The position numbers and the translations under genes were made by a program. The notes under the pieces are model-generated. The model did not search any database. It was not told where the DNA came from and saw only the letters and a program-made list of their open reading frames with translations. This document shows positions 11,600 through 25,700 of a stretch of DNA of 64,000 nucleotides, in pieces. Position 1 is the first letter of the stretch. Every line of letters begins with the position of its first letter. Source of the stretch: Orbicella franksi (taxonomy: Eukaryota); NCBI GenBank assembly GCA_964199315.1, contig OZ116699.1, positions 20,336,001 to 20,400,000 on the forward strand, written 5' to 3'.

Positions 11600-14500
11600 A
11601 CTCGTCATACCTTGCAACCTTGTAATATCTTCCCTTCTCAAGACTGCCTTGTTCTTGTGGTAGTTCATTCCAGTTGTTTCAAGGGTACATGAAAGCTGAT
11701 AATTCTCCAATCTTGTTCCACCAGTAGCAGTGTAAAGGTTTCTGTAAGGTTGTGCATGACTTTCTTGTACTGCTCTCTCTGTGCTTGATGTTTTCATTGT
11801 TTGGCATTGCGCTAAGAGTGTCGCTCTATTGGTAACTAAAGCACAGTGCAAGTAAGTACAGTAAAATGAGATGCCAACATTTATATATAGCTTACCTTCG
11901 TGATAAGTTGATCCAACTGTCTTGATCCCTTCACTCAGGTCAATGATGTTCATTGTCCCAAGTGAAGGCCCCTATAAATGAACAAAAATAAAACACACCT
12001 GCAAAAATCAGATGACTTGAAAGTGAAAGGTCTTCTTTTCACCTCATTTTTCCACGTCCCCGAAAATGGACGCTTTCAGAAAAAAAATTGCCCCCGAAAG
12101 TGGGCAAAAAGATCATATATGTTTTATTGGTTACAGTTTGCTACTACATAATATCTTTAGAAACTTAAGTCTTAGAACAAAGCATACTGACACCATTTTG
12201 TTTACTTTTATTGTCAATATTATTTAGCAATATGTATTATATTTAACTTAAGTTAGTTACAATAATATTTATTCTCTTCACTCTGTCTTGCTGTCTTCTC
12301 CATTCTGTGTGCTCCCGAAAATGAGCAGCGTCCACAAGCTATGTTGACGGCTATGCTTTTTACAATTGTCATTATTAACTTTTACAATGCAAAAAATCCA
12401 CAGGACCTAATAAATTAATCCATGAGGGGGTGCGCTCCTTAAGCTGAGTAATTTAGCATCCAGCAAAAGCCAAGAATGTCCCAGTGTCAGTTGACACTTC
12501 ATTTGGAACACCCAGGGCCTCCTGGATGATTCTCATTTGTTTGTAAGCTTTGGCTTGGTAACGAGTCAATACCAATACCAAGCCTTGACATGTTTGTGAC
12601 GGAATATGCATCAAAAGAAAAGCGTGGAGAATCGAACTTATGCCAAACTGCCGGAAAACCAAAGTTAAAGCCGGACATTAATTATTGTTAGCTAATTAAA
12701 AGCAATTGTATGGCATATTGCACTGAAAGACAACACCAGTTATTTCAAACCTCACTTTCTACTAATTTTTTTCCTTTGATTTCTTGGACATGATGAATCA
12801 AGTCTTACCAATAGAGGTCATCTGACTTATAATTTAGACTTATGAAGTGAAGATTGAGAACTGATGTTATCTTGCATTGCAATGTAACATACTTTGTATC
12901 CACATACCCATGCCAGGTTGTAGAAAACTCCTATATCGTCTGTCATTGCTTGGTCCTTCAGGTTGTAGAAATATCCTTCATTGTCTATAATGTCTTGGTC
13001 TTTCAGGCTGTAGGTATCTTTTATACTGTCTATCATTTCTTAGTCCTTCAATGCAAAGGATACTGCTGTTTCAGCACTACTGTTGCTAGAGAATTGCTTC
13101 ATTGACATGACAGGCATCCAAGTGGAGCAACCAAGAGGTACATGTACAGACTCTGAGATCACATCTTGCTCTTATCCTCACCCCATGACAAGTGAACATC
13201 TCGTGGAAACAGGAACAAGCAGTGTTTAAGCACTAAGTGAAAGACTGTTTTTTGTCTCTTGATTTTAAGGGCTGTGTATATTTTCTAGTCATTCACAGGT
13301 CACCAGGTAGACCTAGATTAAAAGAGGTTGCCATAATTCATAGTAATTCGCATCTCACTTTTATCCAGTGGTTTTGTCCAGCTATGTTCCATCCTTTTAG
13401 ATACACATCAAAAATTTTATCCTGATGTGGTTGGATGACTTACGAGGCTCAACGATTCAGAGAGACTTCCAGTGTTGGGATGTTTATCCTTGCTGGACTG
13501 TCCATTGGGTTAGGCACAAGGCTAAAAACCTCACCCCATGAAAAGTGAATATCTCACAAAAACAGGAACAAGTTGTGTTCAAGTACTAAGCCAAAGACTA
13601 TAATTTGCTTTATGATATTAAGGGCTGTATAGCATTTACAGACATTTACAGGTTACCAGATAGACAGCTGAAAAGTGTTTACCAGAATAATCCTTGACAT
13701 CATTTAGTGATGGTGGACTCAATTTGCACTTCATATACACCTGTTGGTGCTACAGAAGAGGAGATGATGATAATGATGATGAGTCAATTTGGCTCATCAA
13801 AAACGCAGGCTGGGAAATAGTTTTGTTCTTGGTCAAAAAAGATGACCAAGAAATTAAGAGAATCGCAGTCTTCTTGGAAATTAAGAGGTGTTGAGAATTC
13901 ATCGTTGAGCGAAAACCATTGAGAGGTAGATCACCGTCTTGTTCTACTTAAATAAGATGATGATGACTGTAATCCACACTAGTTTTCCAATGATGCTGAC
14001 TGTGAGCAGAAAGATGCATATTAAGTTCTGTAGCAAGACCACATCTGAAAAATATCTGCCTCCCATCTCTGAAATTAGAAGGTGTTTTGAAGTTGTTGAG
14101 AGCTGGAATGCTGTGTGTAGAGGCCAAGAAAACACAAGCATGGTAGCATTTAACCAGTGCAAAGTTGGCCATTTTTGTGATGTTCCACACAGTGGCCCTG
14201 TGGTTCAATGGCCAGTTGTTTCCAGGTAGCCCACATTTAAACATTTCTTCACTAGTACAATAGTTTCCAGATTGAGTAGTGGCATACACTTCACACATAA
14301 GGTGAGAATGGAGCTTTGTAAGTTAAAATGCTGTTAGGACCAGATAACCGACAGCATCATGATAAGGCTAAATAACTTGAAGGATGAATATGTGGGTTTT
14401 CCACCTGAAGCATATTGTTTCTACGTAGGGAGGTTCACAAGATTTCCTTAAAGGTGGCATAAGATCCTAATAAGCCATCTTCTCATCGCTAACAAATAAA

Positions 14501-17500
14501 ACATTTCTGGAAGCATTTCATGGCATGTTAGGAAGGCAGTGACCACTACAACTTTGTTGCATGGTTAGACCAAAGCTTGATGCTCAAGATATTTACAGTA
14601 GAGTAGAGATGCTCAAGGATGATCTGATCTGCTGCAACATTTTGATCATGTTCAGTCTTTCTAGAATTCACACATGTTTTGAGCTCTTCCCAGCTTGTTC
14701 CTTCTAAACTACAGTGTGGTAGGTCTCTGTGATCTTTTAACATTCAATTTTACCCAAGACTTCTTCTACAGGAGCTCCACCAGTCCTTGGATATGACTAG
14801 AACCTCTGTTGAAAACCAGTGGCCTTGGTTTAAAGATAATGCTTGCCATTACTGTTACATCCTCACTAGTTCAGTGAAACATCTGTAAGGAGCCACAGAA
14901 AATTTTACTGGCAGAATGGTAAGAGCTGCAGCCTACAGGATCATAGGAAAAATTTGTGGCTATTGGCACAAAGTTTAGGTACAGTGTACCTACAGTAGTT
15001 TTGACAAGCAAGGTGTGTTACTAAGAACTGAGAGGGAACAGAAAGAATACTAGACTGACATACAACTGAACATGTTTGACGATCAATAACATGTAGGCTT
15101 TGAAGTTGTCAGCTAATTATATCTGAGATGCTGAAAATGTACACTTTTAAAGTTGTTGAGATGACACCTGACCCCACCTCCAAAGGAAGGGATCCTCAGA
15201 AGTATTCCAATAGTCTTCAGAATGTCAAAGCACTTGCACAAGATCCAGTTGCATGATGTGACATGTTCCATTGAGATGGCTGTAGAGATGCATGTGTATT
15301 AAAGGGATAAAGAGTGACTGGAGCAAATGTGTCATTATATCACTCGCGAGGAAAGTTACACTGGCTCACTGCAACCACATTTAGCAGGTTATAAGTTTGT
15401 TATCCTAACAGGACAAAATGTTCGGTAAAGTCATCCTGAAGAGGCTAATGTATATCTTCTACATTGAATGGAATGCTGAAGAGGGAGATAACTAAGCTAG
15501 TAATGGAAAAGTCTTGACTGCTGCATTATTAAGGTTAAGTATTAGCAAAAGGGTGAAAGGATTGAAGGGTGTTTCTGGTTTGAATATCCCACTCAGAGGT
15601 ATTGTTTCACCCAGGGACAAGATTTCATGAAATTACCCTAACAAGTGGGGTAATGCCCACATTGAACATCTCCTTATCAAATGGGAAAAATAGACTTGTT
15701 CTTTGATAAATTTGCATAAGAGAATGGCAGTTTCTGTAGGATTTAGAAGGCCAGCTACAGTGTGGATAATACAAGACAGTGAATATCCCTGAGTTGCTTT
15801 GCTATGGTGAAGGTCAAGTATGTACTGTTCAGGCACTAGTCTTGTATAACAATGCAGAAAATGGTCAAGGCTGCTATCACCTGGTCATTTACTTTCTTCC
15901 TCTGTTTGATAGTGTCTCACTCCGGTCATCTTTGGCTGTCTGGTTTAATACAAGTGTAGTTACTTGCTCATAGATTGTAAAAGGTCTTGATGACATTGTA
16001 CCATTTTAGATTCAGCCAAAGCTCTGTGTAGATGGGCGATCACCCCGAGTCCCAGCTGGAGACATTGTCTTGTGTTCTTGGGCAAGACACTTTAATCTCA
16101 CAGTGCCTCTCTCTACCTTGTTGTATATTAGGGTACCAGCAAATAATGCTGGGGGTAACCCTGCGATGGACTAGCATCCCATCCAGGGGGAAGAAGAAAT
16201 ACTCCTAGTTGCTTCATGCTACAGAAACTGGAGATAAGCACCATCCTGATGGGCCACTTGGGTCATTAATGCACTTGAAGTCTTTTTCCAGACAAGGTTT
16301 GTGTACACAACCTTGTCAGTTACAAAACAAAGCTGGTTGAGAACCTTGTAAGAAAGGCAGAGGCCGCAAATTTGCAGATGCCAGCAGAAAGCACAGACTG
16401 AGCCACATGTATTAGTGACAAGGTGGCTGGTACTCAACAAGGAGGCTCTAAAAAAGCCAGCTGGTATCTGAAATGCTAAAAAGACATTGACTGACCTGTT
16501 TACGGAAGAAGGCCATCATCAATGACACCAATTTATAAGAGCTTGACAAAGCAGGCTTAGGCTGAATGTTCCGAGTGTAGGAAATCACCTTCCTATCCTT
16601 ACCATTGAAGCAAACTAGTATCACTCTGCTTTACAAGAAAAATCATCTGTTGAGTCATCGTGATGTCGTCCAAAAGGCAACTACTGTCAGCCACAAAGGT
16701 GTCCAGTCATAATTAAATCGTCTTGTTAAAGAACTCTATCAACCCTCTATTTTTGAAATAGTTCAAGTCCACTTGCTTTAAACAAGCAAGGTAGATTGTA
16801 GAAGATCACATTGTAAATATCTGGTTCTCTGCAGAAGTGCAAACACCTATCAGTCATATCCACAGTGTGGTATTGAAAACTAGGAATTATCAAGAATAGT
16901 ATTGGAGAGAGTAAGGTGTGACAAGCAGCTCCAAGAGAACTGTCAACTAATGTCCTGTCTGAGGTGCTGAGGAAGATCGTTTCATAAAATAATGAGCATG
17001 GGTTCATCAATGGTCAGAAGAGTGGTAGTGGACCTAGCCAGACCAGACCAGCTTCATGCTGATCATTCTAAGTAACCTGCTGAGCTGGCTGCAGATTTAT
17101 TTTGTTCTACTCTAAGTGTTCTAAAGTGTAGGGTGACTAAGGGGCACCAACTGTCTGTAGCAAGGGTGCTGTCACACATATTTTCAAGTAAGCCACACAG
17201 CCTAATAGTATTTACTTGTAGGTTATCATTCTGGTGTCCTTGAAAAGCAAATCTTCAATAAAGCCATTTTGAGGTGTCTTTGTCCAGAGCTGTTGGCGAA
17301 ATGCTGCAGGAGTACCTAGGCTGAGAAAGGAATGTTGTCAAAGAATCTATCTTCCGTTTGCACTATGAGAGAATAACCAATTAGCAAAATCATGACAGAC
17401 AGAGGGTCATTTTTTCAGTTTCCACACTTTCCTTTGTCTCTACATGTATACTACTCTTCAGGTGCGTGCTGAATCTGTCCATGACTTTTCCAATCCATAG

Positions 17501-20228
17501 TAAATTTTGGATAATACAGAGAAACATTACATCAGCTCTATTGCCAAACACTGCCATTGGGTGACTAGGAGTAGAATGGGACAAAGCCAACCATTTCCAC
17601 CTAGGGAGAGACAAGGGAGGAAGTAGAGAGAAAAGAAGAACAGAAACTATGTAAGTGTTAACTGGGAGCAAGGCTTCTGACTTGAAAGGACTGACTTGTA
17701 ACTGTGGACTAAGTCCTTGTTGTCATGTGAACCTTCAACTGTACTGCTTGTTAAGTATTCATGTATGCCTGAGGTACACTGGACACAGTAATCTTTCACC
17801 ATTCATTGCCATGCGTTGCCACTTCAGTGCAGGTTTTCCACTATCTCCATCCAAAGCCATCCATCCATTTGTTCTTTGCTGAATGCTTCCTTCAGATTAT
17901 ACTCCATTTACCTGGTTGTAATGCTCCTTTCTTCTTAATCCTAGCTGTAGGACTGACCGGTGTGGAGAGACCTGAGAGTTCACTTCATCTGAAGCCTGCT
18001 GATGTATGTCTGGATTGCGTTTGTTGTATGTGTTGGCTGCAGCAGCCTATGCTCCATGGTGTAAATTGACAGAGGTCATGCATATCTTGAAGCTTTAATA
18101 GCAGTGCTTATTGAAACTTTCATATCCCATGCAAAGAAGGCCAGAATGATGTATTGCCATGAATTCAGTCCTGTCCAGTTTCACTCTTGCACAGATGTTC
18201 CACTTGATTTCCATCCAATGTCAGGTCCTGTTCGTTATCTTACTACAAATTACACTGCCTATTTACCTACATTAGCCTACTAGCATTCTTGTCTTGATCT
18301 GCCCACCAGTAGTAATAGCTAATTTTCATTATGATGCCAGCATGAGAACAAAATACAAAATATTTGTCTTGTCTTGATCATGGATTTATCTTCTTTCATC
18401 ACCGCATTGGCAGCTTCCTATCTACCCACACTAACTACTAAAACTGCCTATCATGTGATGTTCTTCTTAACCTGTTAAGCACCAGGGTAGTACCATGGAA
18501 ACTTCTGTCTTCTGGCCATCGTCAGCGCTCTATGTTCACTTTTCCAGTATCCTTAAGATGTTGCCAGTGTGAAGTCTACCTATGCCTACAATTTGTAGAC
18601 GGTCTTTGCTATGAAGACTCACAACATGCATTGTAGGCCTTCCTTGGGGAGATTCCTCCCACAGGGCAGCATTGACAAGGAGACAGATGTACCTGTCTAA
18701 ATGTCAGCACTGCCATAGTGAGAAAATCCTCCCCACTACCTGCAACTCATCATTAATTTTGCTAACTGCCTGACTGTCTCTTCTCCTCCTTTGGCTGGTT
18801 GGGTGATCCTGGTCAGTTGGTCGCAAAGGCTACCTACATAACTGATCTAACCTGATGTGTGTGCATTGTCCCATAATCCCATGCCCCTGATGCCTCTCAA
18901 TTTTTGGGAGGGTTTACTCTTATTTATAAAGTTCTTGAATGCTAATGAAAATTTGTTGCTAAAGAAAGAAAGGGTAAAGTACTAGTCCATATTTACAGCT
19001 TTTCCAAAGAGTCAAAACCTCACAAAAATGGAAGGCATTAGGGCAAGTACTTAGAGTCCTGACAACTGATCTATGCATTTTCTGAACTTCCTGTAACCCT
19101 AACCCTAAGTTTCTAGTTTCCTAAATGATAAGTTCTAAACTTACATTGTATGTCTGGTTGAACCTTACTGAGAGAATCTCACTTATCAGCACATAGTCTG
19201 TCAAGTGAAACGTAATAGAATGAATTGGCCTAGGCGCAACTAAGCAGGGAGGAATTCGGAATGCAACATAGATGACAAAATGTCTCCAGCTTGAAGTCGA
19301 ATTGAAGCCAGAGTGAAGTCAACAGTCAACCATAGTGAAGGCAAATTGAAGTCGGAAAGAAGTTTAAGCATGCCACAGTGATTTGAAAAAAAGCCGGAGT
19401 GATGTGAAGTGAAGTCGAAAGTAAGCCGGAGAAAAATAAAAAAGCTGAATGCGAATCACTGGTCGAATAACCTGCAAAGAAACCCAAATGAATTTAAAGG
19501 CAATAGGGAGGAACCACCCCATCCACAAGGGCCCATTAGTAAACTTATCTAAATTATCTACATTAAGTTAAACCGAATCAGAAGTGCATGGACTTCCGGC
19601 CTAAAGTGTGTGCTTGTTTGCTTTGTAAGGTTCATCCAGAGCTCTATTTACCCTCCCCTCCCAGCCCACAATTTAACTAACCAGCAGCAATGTCTCTCTC
19701 ATCAGAATCTTGTCTTGCTTGGATGAGGCTGAATAACTGAGCAGAGTCAGGCTGATCTGGGTTGAAGCTTGACAAATGTCCACTGCAGTGGATTCTTGGT
19801 TTAGAGAATTGATCCTGAAGAAATGGAGGAAAATGAATGAAAATGAATGAAAATGAAAAATTTCAGAAGGAATAATGTTACTGAAATGTGAAGTAGACTT
19901 CAGGTAAAAATTACAGTGGTAATGAAAGTATAGTGAATAAGGGTGATGAAAAATCATGACTCATACAACATGGCAATAGCATAAGCCAAACATAATTAGT
20001 TATTGTAATCTTTGCATTTGCAAAGTCTAGAATATGCAATTTCAAAATAAAACACTGTAAGTGTTATTTTTTTTAACAAAATTTTCAGTTGTAAATGTAA
20101 TGAGGCTTACCTTGAGAATGTATTTTTGATGCTGAAGGAATCCTAGGGTTCTTGGCAAATATGTAGTGGCTCAATTGAACATGTTTTTCTCTGGAGTAGT
20201 CCCTTAGCTAGAGCATCCTGGCTTTAAT
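11600..20228 (-). pseudogene. Decayed multi-exon gene of unknown identity, copy 2
   Basis: Exon-like 20111-20228. Degraded long frame ~12840-18920 with hydrophobic stretches such as LLQNLICIFLLTVSIIGKLVWITVIIILFK (ORF 13944..14162). Open exon 11896-11971 (TATAG|GPSLGTMNIIDLSEGIKTVGSTYHE|GTAAG) followed by a stop-containing exon ending near 11600. Confidence 0.6.
16046..16262 (+). mobile_element. Truncated SINE copy (unit 2)
   Basis: Same core as 4546-4845, lacking the 5' head and 3' tail. Confidence 0.8.
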
Positions 20229-21415
20229 CTGTTTAAGACAGAGGAATACATTTAGTAAATTTTAAAGGTGTTGAAACAAAGTAAACCTGCCTGACCAGTG
20301 AATTTACTGGTTTTCTATATACAGAGATTATTATTGTTTTTTTTCCTCCTGTCTATAATGACTGGCAGTTCTTAGAATTTCTTGTCATATCAAACAATAT
20401 CTCAGGCCAGAATAATGAATAATTGTATCCATTTGTATTGATTGCTCTGGTATTAATACATGTAAGATCTGATAATTTGGAAGTTTATCAAGACCATACC
20501 TAAACTCGTGTTACATACCAAAAGTCCAGAGAGGTAATTGTGGCATGATTTCTGCTAAATCTTATTGTCATTACAATATGCAAGCTGGATGGACAATGTA
20601 ACACGACTAACAATAGTTGTAGGACTAAAAATTAATGCAATGAAATTCCTCACCTCTTGCAAAAAGATGACTGTTCAAGGTTCAATGCAGCTATTAATGG
20701 AGCTCTACAATAAACCACCTCTCAATGTTTCTCTTCTTTTGGTTGAATTCCACCTCCATAGTTAAGGACACTCAAGTTGGCATTCCAGCTACTCTGACAG
20801 TAAGACAGCTGAACTCTTACCAGAAAAGCTGATATCCTGGGGCCTTCTAGAACTGTCACTGCAGTTGAAATATGATTGGGATATGGTGCCAGTTCACTTT
20901 AACACATAACTGCTCAAGACAGAATTATTTTTAATATTTAGCAACTTTTAAAAAGGTTAATTAAGAATAAATGTAAATCTTATTTTAATCCTCCTTTTTG
21001 TAATATTTGCCATAGTTGTATATATGCTCTCAGGATGTGGTACGTCATGATAATACCTCATCCGTGTTTGTCTGTATTTCTATACTGATGCAAGTTATTG
21101 AGAATTGGTTGATCAGTCTTGTTTTTTCTCCATATTAACTGCTGTACTACACGCTAGTTGTAAATTTTGAAAATTTGGTGATACTGTATGTTAAGACAAT
21201 ATCTTCTGCAATCATGTTTTTCCCTCTGATGACTAAGACTTTTGCCTCAATATACATATAACAGGATTGAGCTATTGGTAATGAGTACTGAAACAGTATC
21301 AGAAATCACAATCAGTTTTGGCACTGAAATTCCATACCTCTTGTTGGATGACTGCTGTTATAAAGGGTTTGTAGCAGCTACAGAGAAACTCATCTCTGCA
21401 TTTTCTTTCTCTCAG

Positions 21416-22787
21416 GTGGATGCTGTCATCTCTTACAACAAGCTGTTCTCATTTTAAGGTGCACTGGTGGCAATTTAGATAAACACCAACAAGGAAGGCT
21501 GACTGTTGATCTTGCAGCTTAAACGTGATTCATCCTGCTGATCCACTCAAAGCTGCTCAAGATAGAGGAGTGGTTTTTGGAAGGTCACAGGAGTCATAAG
21601 ATATTACTCAAACCTGAGTTTAGTTTTCCCATCTATGATGTTTGCCATTATAACATGAAGTGTGAGAATATGGTAAATATGAATCAAGACAATGTATTCT
21701 AACAACAAAGCTATAATTATGAATTTTCTTTTTATTGATTTCTATACTGCTGTACATTTTGAGAATTTGGTGGTAGATCAAGACAATATATCCCTTGTAA
21801 TCGTGCTTAGCCTAGTATTTTTCCATTTAAATTATTGTTTGCTGTATTACTGTGAGTTTTGAAAATTTGGTGGCACATCAAGACAATGTCTTCTAGTGTT
21901 CTTCTAACTGCTCAAATTGTCATCCCACAATATTGTAAGCTGGCAATCCTACTTCATTCTAATTGCTATTATGTATTAACTGTATACTTCTCTTTCACTC
22001 AGGTAGATGCTGTGGTCAATTATGAAGACCTGCCCTGGTTTCTAACTGCACATATGCCTCATGGAGTCTTCTCCAACCCTCTTCTCCACATTGGTAGACT
22101 TAGATAAAGTGAGCACCAGCACGATACTCAAAGCTTTGTCTTCTCACTGGAACCTCCTACCAATTAACTTAAACACAGAGTTCCTCATGATGTAAGAATG
22201 TTAGTAGCTACTGGTAAGTGTAAGCCTGAGTTTAATCTTCAATCTTCCTTAGTTTCTCTTATATTTGCTAGAATTTGGTGGTACACCAAGGCAATTAAAT
22301 TTCTTTACAATTATGCTTTAGAATCCTCCTTTGAAACTAGCCTATTGTTAGAAGTAGTGAGTACTTGGTGGTTAGCTTTAAGATATTTCTCATAGAGCTT
22401 GAATCCTTTCCGTCTCCAGACTGATTCCTTAAATGTAGGCTGCACAAATTTGGTGATACTGATCAAAACAATATTACCTACAGCCTTTTGATTTCATACT
22501 GATTATCATCCTAAAATGGAAGTTTCATTTAATGGAAGGTCAAAGTGAATGTATCAAAACTTCCTAACTCTTTTAGAAATACAGCGAATTAGCAAGCACT
22601 TCTAAATTTTACCTTTATCTCAGATGGATGCTATTATCTGTTACAATAACCTCCCCTGGTTTCCAAGTACACTGTGATAACATCAATGGTTTGGCAGCAT
22701 TGGAGAGAGTCAGAGTGTTTTGAATTCTCAAACTGTGGCTGGAACATCCTGCTAAGTCACTTTAAGACAAAGCTGCGCAAGATTGAG
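21416..22787 (+). pseudogene. Second copy of the three exon-like segments
   Basis: CAG|VDAVISYNKL (21416), CAG|VDAVVNYEDLPWFLTAHMPHG (22003), CAG|MDAIICYNNLPWF (22624-22787). Confidence 0.35.
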
Positions 22788-25700
22788 GTTTGTAGCTTTA
22801 ATTTTCAAGGAGTGGTGAAAAAAACATTCAAGGCTTGCTTAATTCCACACCTACAGTCTCTGTAATACTTCCATTTGAATGTGTGTTATGAGAATTTGGT
22901 GGTAAAACAAGACAAGTCTCCATGAAGGAAGTTCTTTGCTCCCTCAAAACTCTATGGTTTACTAAACTATATCATGAAAATTTGGTTGTACATCAGGACA
23001 ATGTCTACTAGAATTCTGTCAATTCACTCGTCATACCTTGTAACCTTGTAATATCTTCCCTTCTCAAGACTGCCTTGTTCTTGTGGTAGTTCATTCCAGT
23101 TGTTTCAAGGGTACATGAAAGCTGATAATTCTCCAATCTTGTTCCACCAGTAGCAGTGTAAAGGTTTCTGTAAGGTTGTGCATGACTTTCTTGTACTGCT
23201 CTCTCTGTGCTTGATGTTTTCATTGTTTCGCATTGCACTAAGAGTGTCGCTCTATTGGTAACTAAAGCACAGTACAAGTAAGTACAGTAAAATGAGATGC
23301 CAACATTTATATATAGCTTACCTTCGTGATAAGTTGATCCAACTGTCTTGATCCCTTCACTCAGGTCAATGATGTTCATTTACCCAAGTGAAGGCCCCTA
23401 TAAATGAATAGAAGTAAAACATACCTGTAAAAATCAGGTGACTTGGAAGTGAAAGATCTTGTTTTTGCCTCATTTTTTCATGTCCCCAAAAATGGACGCT
23501 TTCAGAAAAAAATTGCCCCCGAAAGTGGGCGAAAAGTTCGCTTGTTTTAATGGTTACAGTTTGCTACTAGATAATATCTTTAGAAACTTAAGTCTTAGAA
23601 AAAAGCATACTGACACCATTTTGTGTAGTTTTATTGTCAATATTATTTAGCAATATGTATTATATTTAACTTAAGTTAGTTACAATAATATTTATTCTCT
23701 TCACTCTCTCTTGCTGTCTTCTCCATTCTGTGTGCTCCCGAAAATGAGCAGCGTCCACAAGCTATGTTGACGGCTATGCTTTTTACAATTGTCATTATTA
23801 ACTTTTACAATGCAAAAAAATCCACAGGACCTAATAAATTAATCCATGAGGGGGTGCGCTCCTTAAGCTGAATAATTTAGCATCCAGCAAAAGCCAAGAA
23901 TGTCCCAGTGTCATTTGACACTTCATTTGGAACACCCAGGGCCTCCTGGATGATTCTCATTTGTTTGTAAGCTTTGGCTTGGTAACGAGTCAATACCGAT
24001 ACCAAGCCTTGACATGTTTGTGACGGAATATGCATCGAAAGAAAAGCGTAGAGAATCAAACTTAAGCCGAACTGCCGGAAAACCAAATTTAAAGCCGGAC
24101 ATTGATGCCAAACCAAACATTTATTGTAATTATTGTTAGCTAATTAAAAGCAATTGTATGCCATATTGCACTGAAAGACAACACCAGTTATTTCAAACCT
24201 CACTTTCTACTGATTTTTTTCCTTTGATTTCTTGGGCATGATAAATCAAGTCCTGCCAATAGAGGTCATCTGACTTATACTTTAGACTTATGAAGTGAAG
24301 ATTGAGAACTGATGTTATCTTGCGTTGCAATGTAACATACTTTGTATCCACATACCCCATGCCAGGTTGTAGAAAACTCCTATATCGTCTGTCATTGCTT
24401 GGTCCTTCAGGTTGCAGAAATATCCTTTGTTGTCTATAATTTCTTGGTCTTTCAGGTTGTAGGAATCTTTTATATTGTCTATCATTTCTTAGTCCTTCAA
24501 TGCAAAGGATACTGCTGTTTCAGCACAACTGTTGCTAGAGAATTGCTTCATTGGCATTACAGGCATACAAGTGGAGCAACCAAGAGGTACAGACTCTGAG
24601 ATCACATCTTGCTCTTATCCTCACCCCATGCAAAGTGACATCTCGTGGAAACAGGAACAAGGAGCATTCAAGCACTAATTAAAAGACCGTTTAGCCTCTT
24701 GACTTTAAGGGTTGTGCATATTTTCTAGTCATTTACAGGTCATCAGGTAGACGTAGGTGAAAAGAGGTTGCCATAATTCGTAGTGATTCACTTCTGACTT
24801 TTATCCAGTGGTTTGGCCAGCTGTGTTCCATCCTTTTAGATACACATTTATCCTGATTTCATGGGATGACTTATGAGGCTCAATGGTTCAGAGAGACTTC
24901 CATTGTTGGGATGTTTATTCTTGCTGGATAGTCCATTTTGGGCACAAGGCTAAAATCCACACCTCATGAAAAGTGAATATCTCACAGAAACAGGGGCATG
25001 TTGTGTTCAAGTACTAAGCCAAAGACTATAATTTGCTTTTTGATTTTAAAGGCTATATAGCATTTACAGATGTTCACAGGTCACTGGGTAGACAGCTGAA
25101 AAACGTTTACCACAATAATCCTTGACATCATTTAGTGATGGTGGACTCAATTTGCACCTCATATACACCTGTTGGTGCTACAGAAGAGGAGATGATGATA
25201 ATGATGATGAGGCAATTTGGCTCATCAAAAACGCAGGCTGGGAAAGAGTTTTGTTCTTGGTCAAAAGTGATGACCAAGAAATTAATTAAGAGAATTGCTG
25301 TCTTCTTAGAAAGAGGTGTTGAGAATTCATCCTTGAGCGAAAATCATTGAGAGGTAGATCACCGTCTTGGTCTACTTAAAGAATATGATGATGACTGTAA
25401 TCCAGACTAGTTTTCCAATGATGCTGACTGTGAGCAGAAAGATACACGTTAAGTTCTGTAGCAAGTCCACATTAAGAAAAATATCGGTCTCCCATCACTG
25501 AAATTAGAAGGTGTGTTGAAGTTGTTGAGAGCTGGAATGCTGTGTGTAAAGGCCAAGAAAACACAAACATGGTAGCATTTAACCAGTGCAAAGTTGACCA
25601 TTTTTGTGATGTTCCACACAATAGTGCTGTGGTTCAATGGCCAATTGTTTCCAGGTAGCCCACGCTTTAACATTTCTTGACTAGTACAATAGTTTCCAGA

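Noticed and set aside
11582-11953. 123-aa ORF repeated at 23008..23379 as an intact small gene
   Set aside because: It reads through a GTAAG...AG intron, and the spliced frame hits stops. Its apparent conservation reflects recent DNA-level identity of the block.
17805-17870. GDSGKP as a serine-protease catalytic motif in one minus-strand frame
   Set aside because: A short match in a frame of uncertain reality, with no upstream His/Asp motifs. Likely chance.
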